Source: Convolutriloba macropyga (Eukaryota). From it: a DNA stretch of 64,000 nucleotides. The notes beneath the pieces are model-generated. The model saw only the letters and a program-made list of their open reading frames with translations. It had not been told where the DNA came from and did not search any database. The stretch covers positions 42,842,001 to 42,906,000 of the forward strand of contig NC_134471.1 of assembly GCF_964194025.1 (NCBI RefSeq), written 5' to 3'. The translations under genes and the position numbers were made by a program. Below are positions 61,701 to 64,000 of the stretch, piece by piece (positions within the stretch are counted from its first letter, which is position 1; every line of letters begins with the position of its first letter).

Positions 61701-62749
61701 ATTTATTTTTGTGCAAAGTATTTCTGTCGTTAATACATCAACGACCCTCTAGCTTATTGAAATGTATATCTACTGTGAGAATAAAACTGTGAGAACTTAT
61801 ACCTACTGTGAGAATAAAACAACATGGCAGCTCAAAAAACCTACGTTTGATACACAAAACAAAGATTCTATTCCTCTGTTGCACAAGCCAATAGAATAAA
61901 TTCAGGCCAGGAATCGAGGCAATTAAAGACAACTCGTTCAGAGTCAAATGATAGGGTCAACTTTATCTAAAGCAAAGTTCAAGTAGATAACTGTCTGTTG
62001 GACATTATTGTCAAATTTGTCTCCAGATATTAATGGGGCAAACATTGAACGCTCTTTTCGAAAACCGTGCTGTCGACTATTGATATTTGATTAATTCTGG
62101 ACTTAAAAAATCAGAAGTTTTGCAGTAATAAGGACAAGCGAGTTAGTAATGATAATGGTCTGCAATTTTCTACATTAGTCTTTGGTTTATTAAGTGGGGT
62201 TACAAAGGCGCATTCCCACGTTACTGGCAAACAGCAGTAATTCATATGATAGCAAACTATTAGATAAAACTATGGGCCCTAGAAACTCCCGGGGATTCAA
62301 AATGTGGCAAGCCAACAAATATTGGGTACGTGCTCTATCCCGCGATGCTGTAATCACTAAATCAAGATATTAAACATCAGGGTTTTCAGTTACATCGAGC
62401 GCCAAAACATTTTTGGAAAATTTTGAAGGACCCAGGATTTCAATGTTTATTTACAAAGTTGTTCGTAAAATATGTGCTTAGTTAAAAATGAAGTTAAAAA
62501 ACATACCAGAGGAGACAAAATCAGTTCCTGGACCCAATCTGTACCTTAACATTACGGATACTGCCTCTTTCACTCAAGAGCTTTCTCTGCACATCGGCAA
62601 GAAGGAATTAGTCATACAAATTTTAATGCACGTTTATTTATATAAATTAGTTTTGAAACTATTTTATCTTCACGATAATTTTTAGTTCGAAAAACGAACA
62701 ATCTTACTTCTCAACGTTTACGTATTTTTAGCGGCAACGAAATGATTCA

Positions 62750-64000
62750 TTCTGCTTTCTTCGTGTGGAACGATAGCCAAAAAAACTTTAGCTAAATAAT
62801 GAAGAACAGAAACTCCTCTCATGCAGTCGATGATCATTTATTTAAAAACCATTATTCTTACTTTGAACAAGAGAAATAGTGCGGCAAAACCATTTTTCGA
62901 CTGGAAAAGACTCAATGCTTTAAGCCATATAACCTCGTTCTGTTAATATATATGATTAGCTGACTAGCTACAAAGATATTTGTCTCTATTTCCGTTATAA
63001 AAGACAAACATGATCCAGAATACAGCAGGTGAAATGGCAGCCAAGAATTGTTGCAAAAAGAATTAATGGATCACTCAAAAACCGGTAATTAAACTGGACA
63101 GACTCAGCCCTAAATCGAATTTGAAGGAAAGACAGAATTCTGTATCACATCATCACTCAGTCGTATTGACGAAGAGGAACCAACAAAATTGCAAGAAACC
63201 AACAACCAAAAACAAGAATACTTAATTCTGCTAGAACCAGCCCTCTTACAGTCAAAGGTCTACAAAATAACTTTAAAAAGTCAATTGAAATCAAAAACGC
63301 TATGCAGATACCAGTTCTTTTGCGAGAAGTCTTACTCGTAGAGCAAGCCCTCAAAACCAAACGAAAATAAGGAATACTAATTGACTGGAGAGAAATCGAC
63401 TTACTACATAGACATAATTATAGTAACAACAATTTCTCTACAACAGATCCCGGACAGCACCAGGAAAATAAGATCATTTTTGCAAAAACCAGATTGTAGT
63501 CAAGCTTATTTTTAAACTGGAATGGCCGATGAACAAAGCGTACAACTTCTTGAATTCAATTTCGGCTCAAGAACCTGGGCATGCAAGGTCAGCTGTTCAC
63601 ATACAATATTCAGTTGCGGCATCCAAAATCTGGAAAGATATATTGTTACCAATAAATGCTCTTCCTTTTTGGCAGCGGAGTTGGGCTAATGAAACATTTC
63701 GAAGAAACATTTCGATGCGTTTGTAACTACCGACTTCTTGGGCCACATACATACCAAACTTAAAAAAACATCGCCCTTTCTACTCATTGCTTTGAAACGA
63801 TAAAGCAATTATTATAACAAAAGAATATGAAAAAACATTCGAAGAAATCCCCTGTTTGCTCAAAAAGGCTTGTTAACGTAATCTAAGGATAACCCAAAAT
63901 GAACTGCAGTACATAATCTTGCAGATGAAAGTCGTTAAGCAAAAAGATTTTTTCACTTATTGAAGGGAATTGTGTTAATCAAGCAGAAATAAAAACAAAA
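62750..64000 (+). mobile_element. Decayed Gypsy RT relic of the same clade as the 43801-57908 element
   Basis: 63370-63580 reads ILIDWREIDLL…NNNF…DCSQAY…MADEQSVQLLEFNFGSRTWA, paralleling 46870-47110 (ILVDLRKINHL…NNNFP…ESVQLLAFNF). FLGH at ~63735. Confidence 0.75.

Overview
This window is AT-rich eukaryotic DNA, probably from an invertebrate animal (inferred from the spliceosomal introns, a UPF0669/C6orf120 homologue and the transposon spectrum). It is dominated by nested and decayed retroelements and has a 200-N scaffold gap at 19832-20031. In order: (1) two decayed Ty3/Gypsy pol relics (1-2400; 4385-8569 with a probable 3' LTR); (2) LINE endonuclease relics; (3) a ~1046-bp tandem triplication overlapping an unidentified intron-containing pseudogene; (4) a CRE-clade non-LTR retrotransposon with a restriction-like endonuclease, expanded by nested tandem duplications (21099-28374, minus strand); (5) three exons of a UPF0669/C6orf120 homologue, absent from the ORF track as a gene and frameshifted by a 5-bp duplication; (6) a ~385-bp foldback palindrome and a ~360-bp tandem repeat; (7) a young full-length BEL/Pao LTR element with a 5-bp TSD (35239-42492) whose pol carries an in-frame GKVEV repeat; (8) a 14.1-kb Gypsy-type endogenous retrovirus (43801-57908) with gag-pol, a class I fusion (F-type) env pseudogene, ~3.6 kb of decayed accessory ORFs (one antisense) and a ~780-bp internal inverted duplication; (9) a LINE relic and a further Gypsy relic of the same clade as (8). 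Item (8) is the best candidate for an undescribed system. All assignments come from motif recognition by eye; no searches were run.
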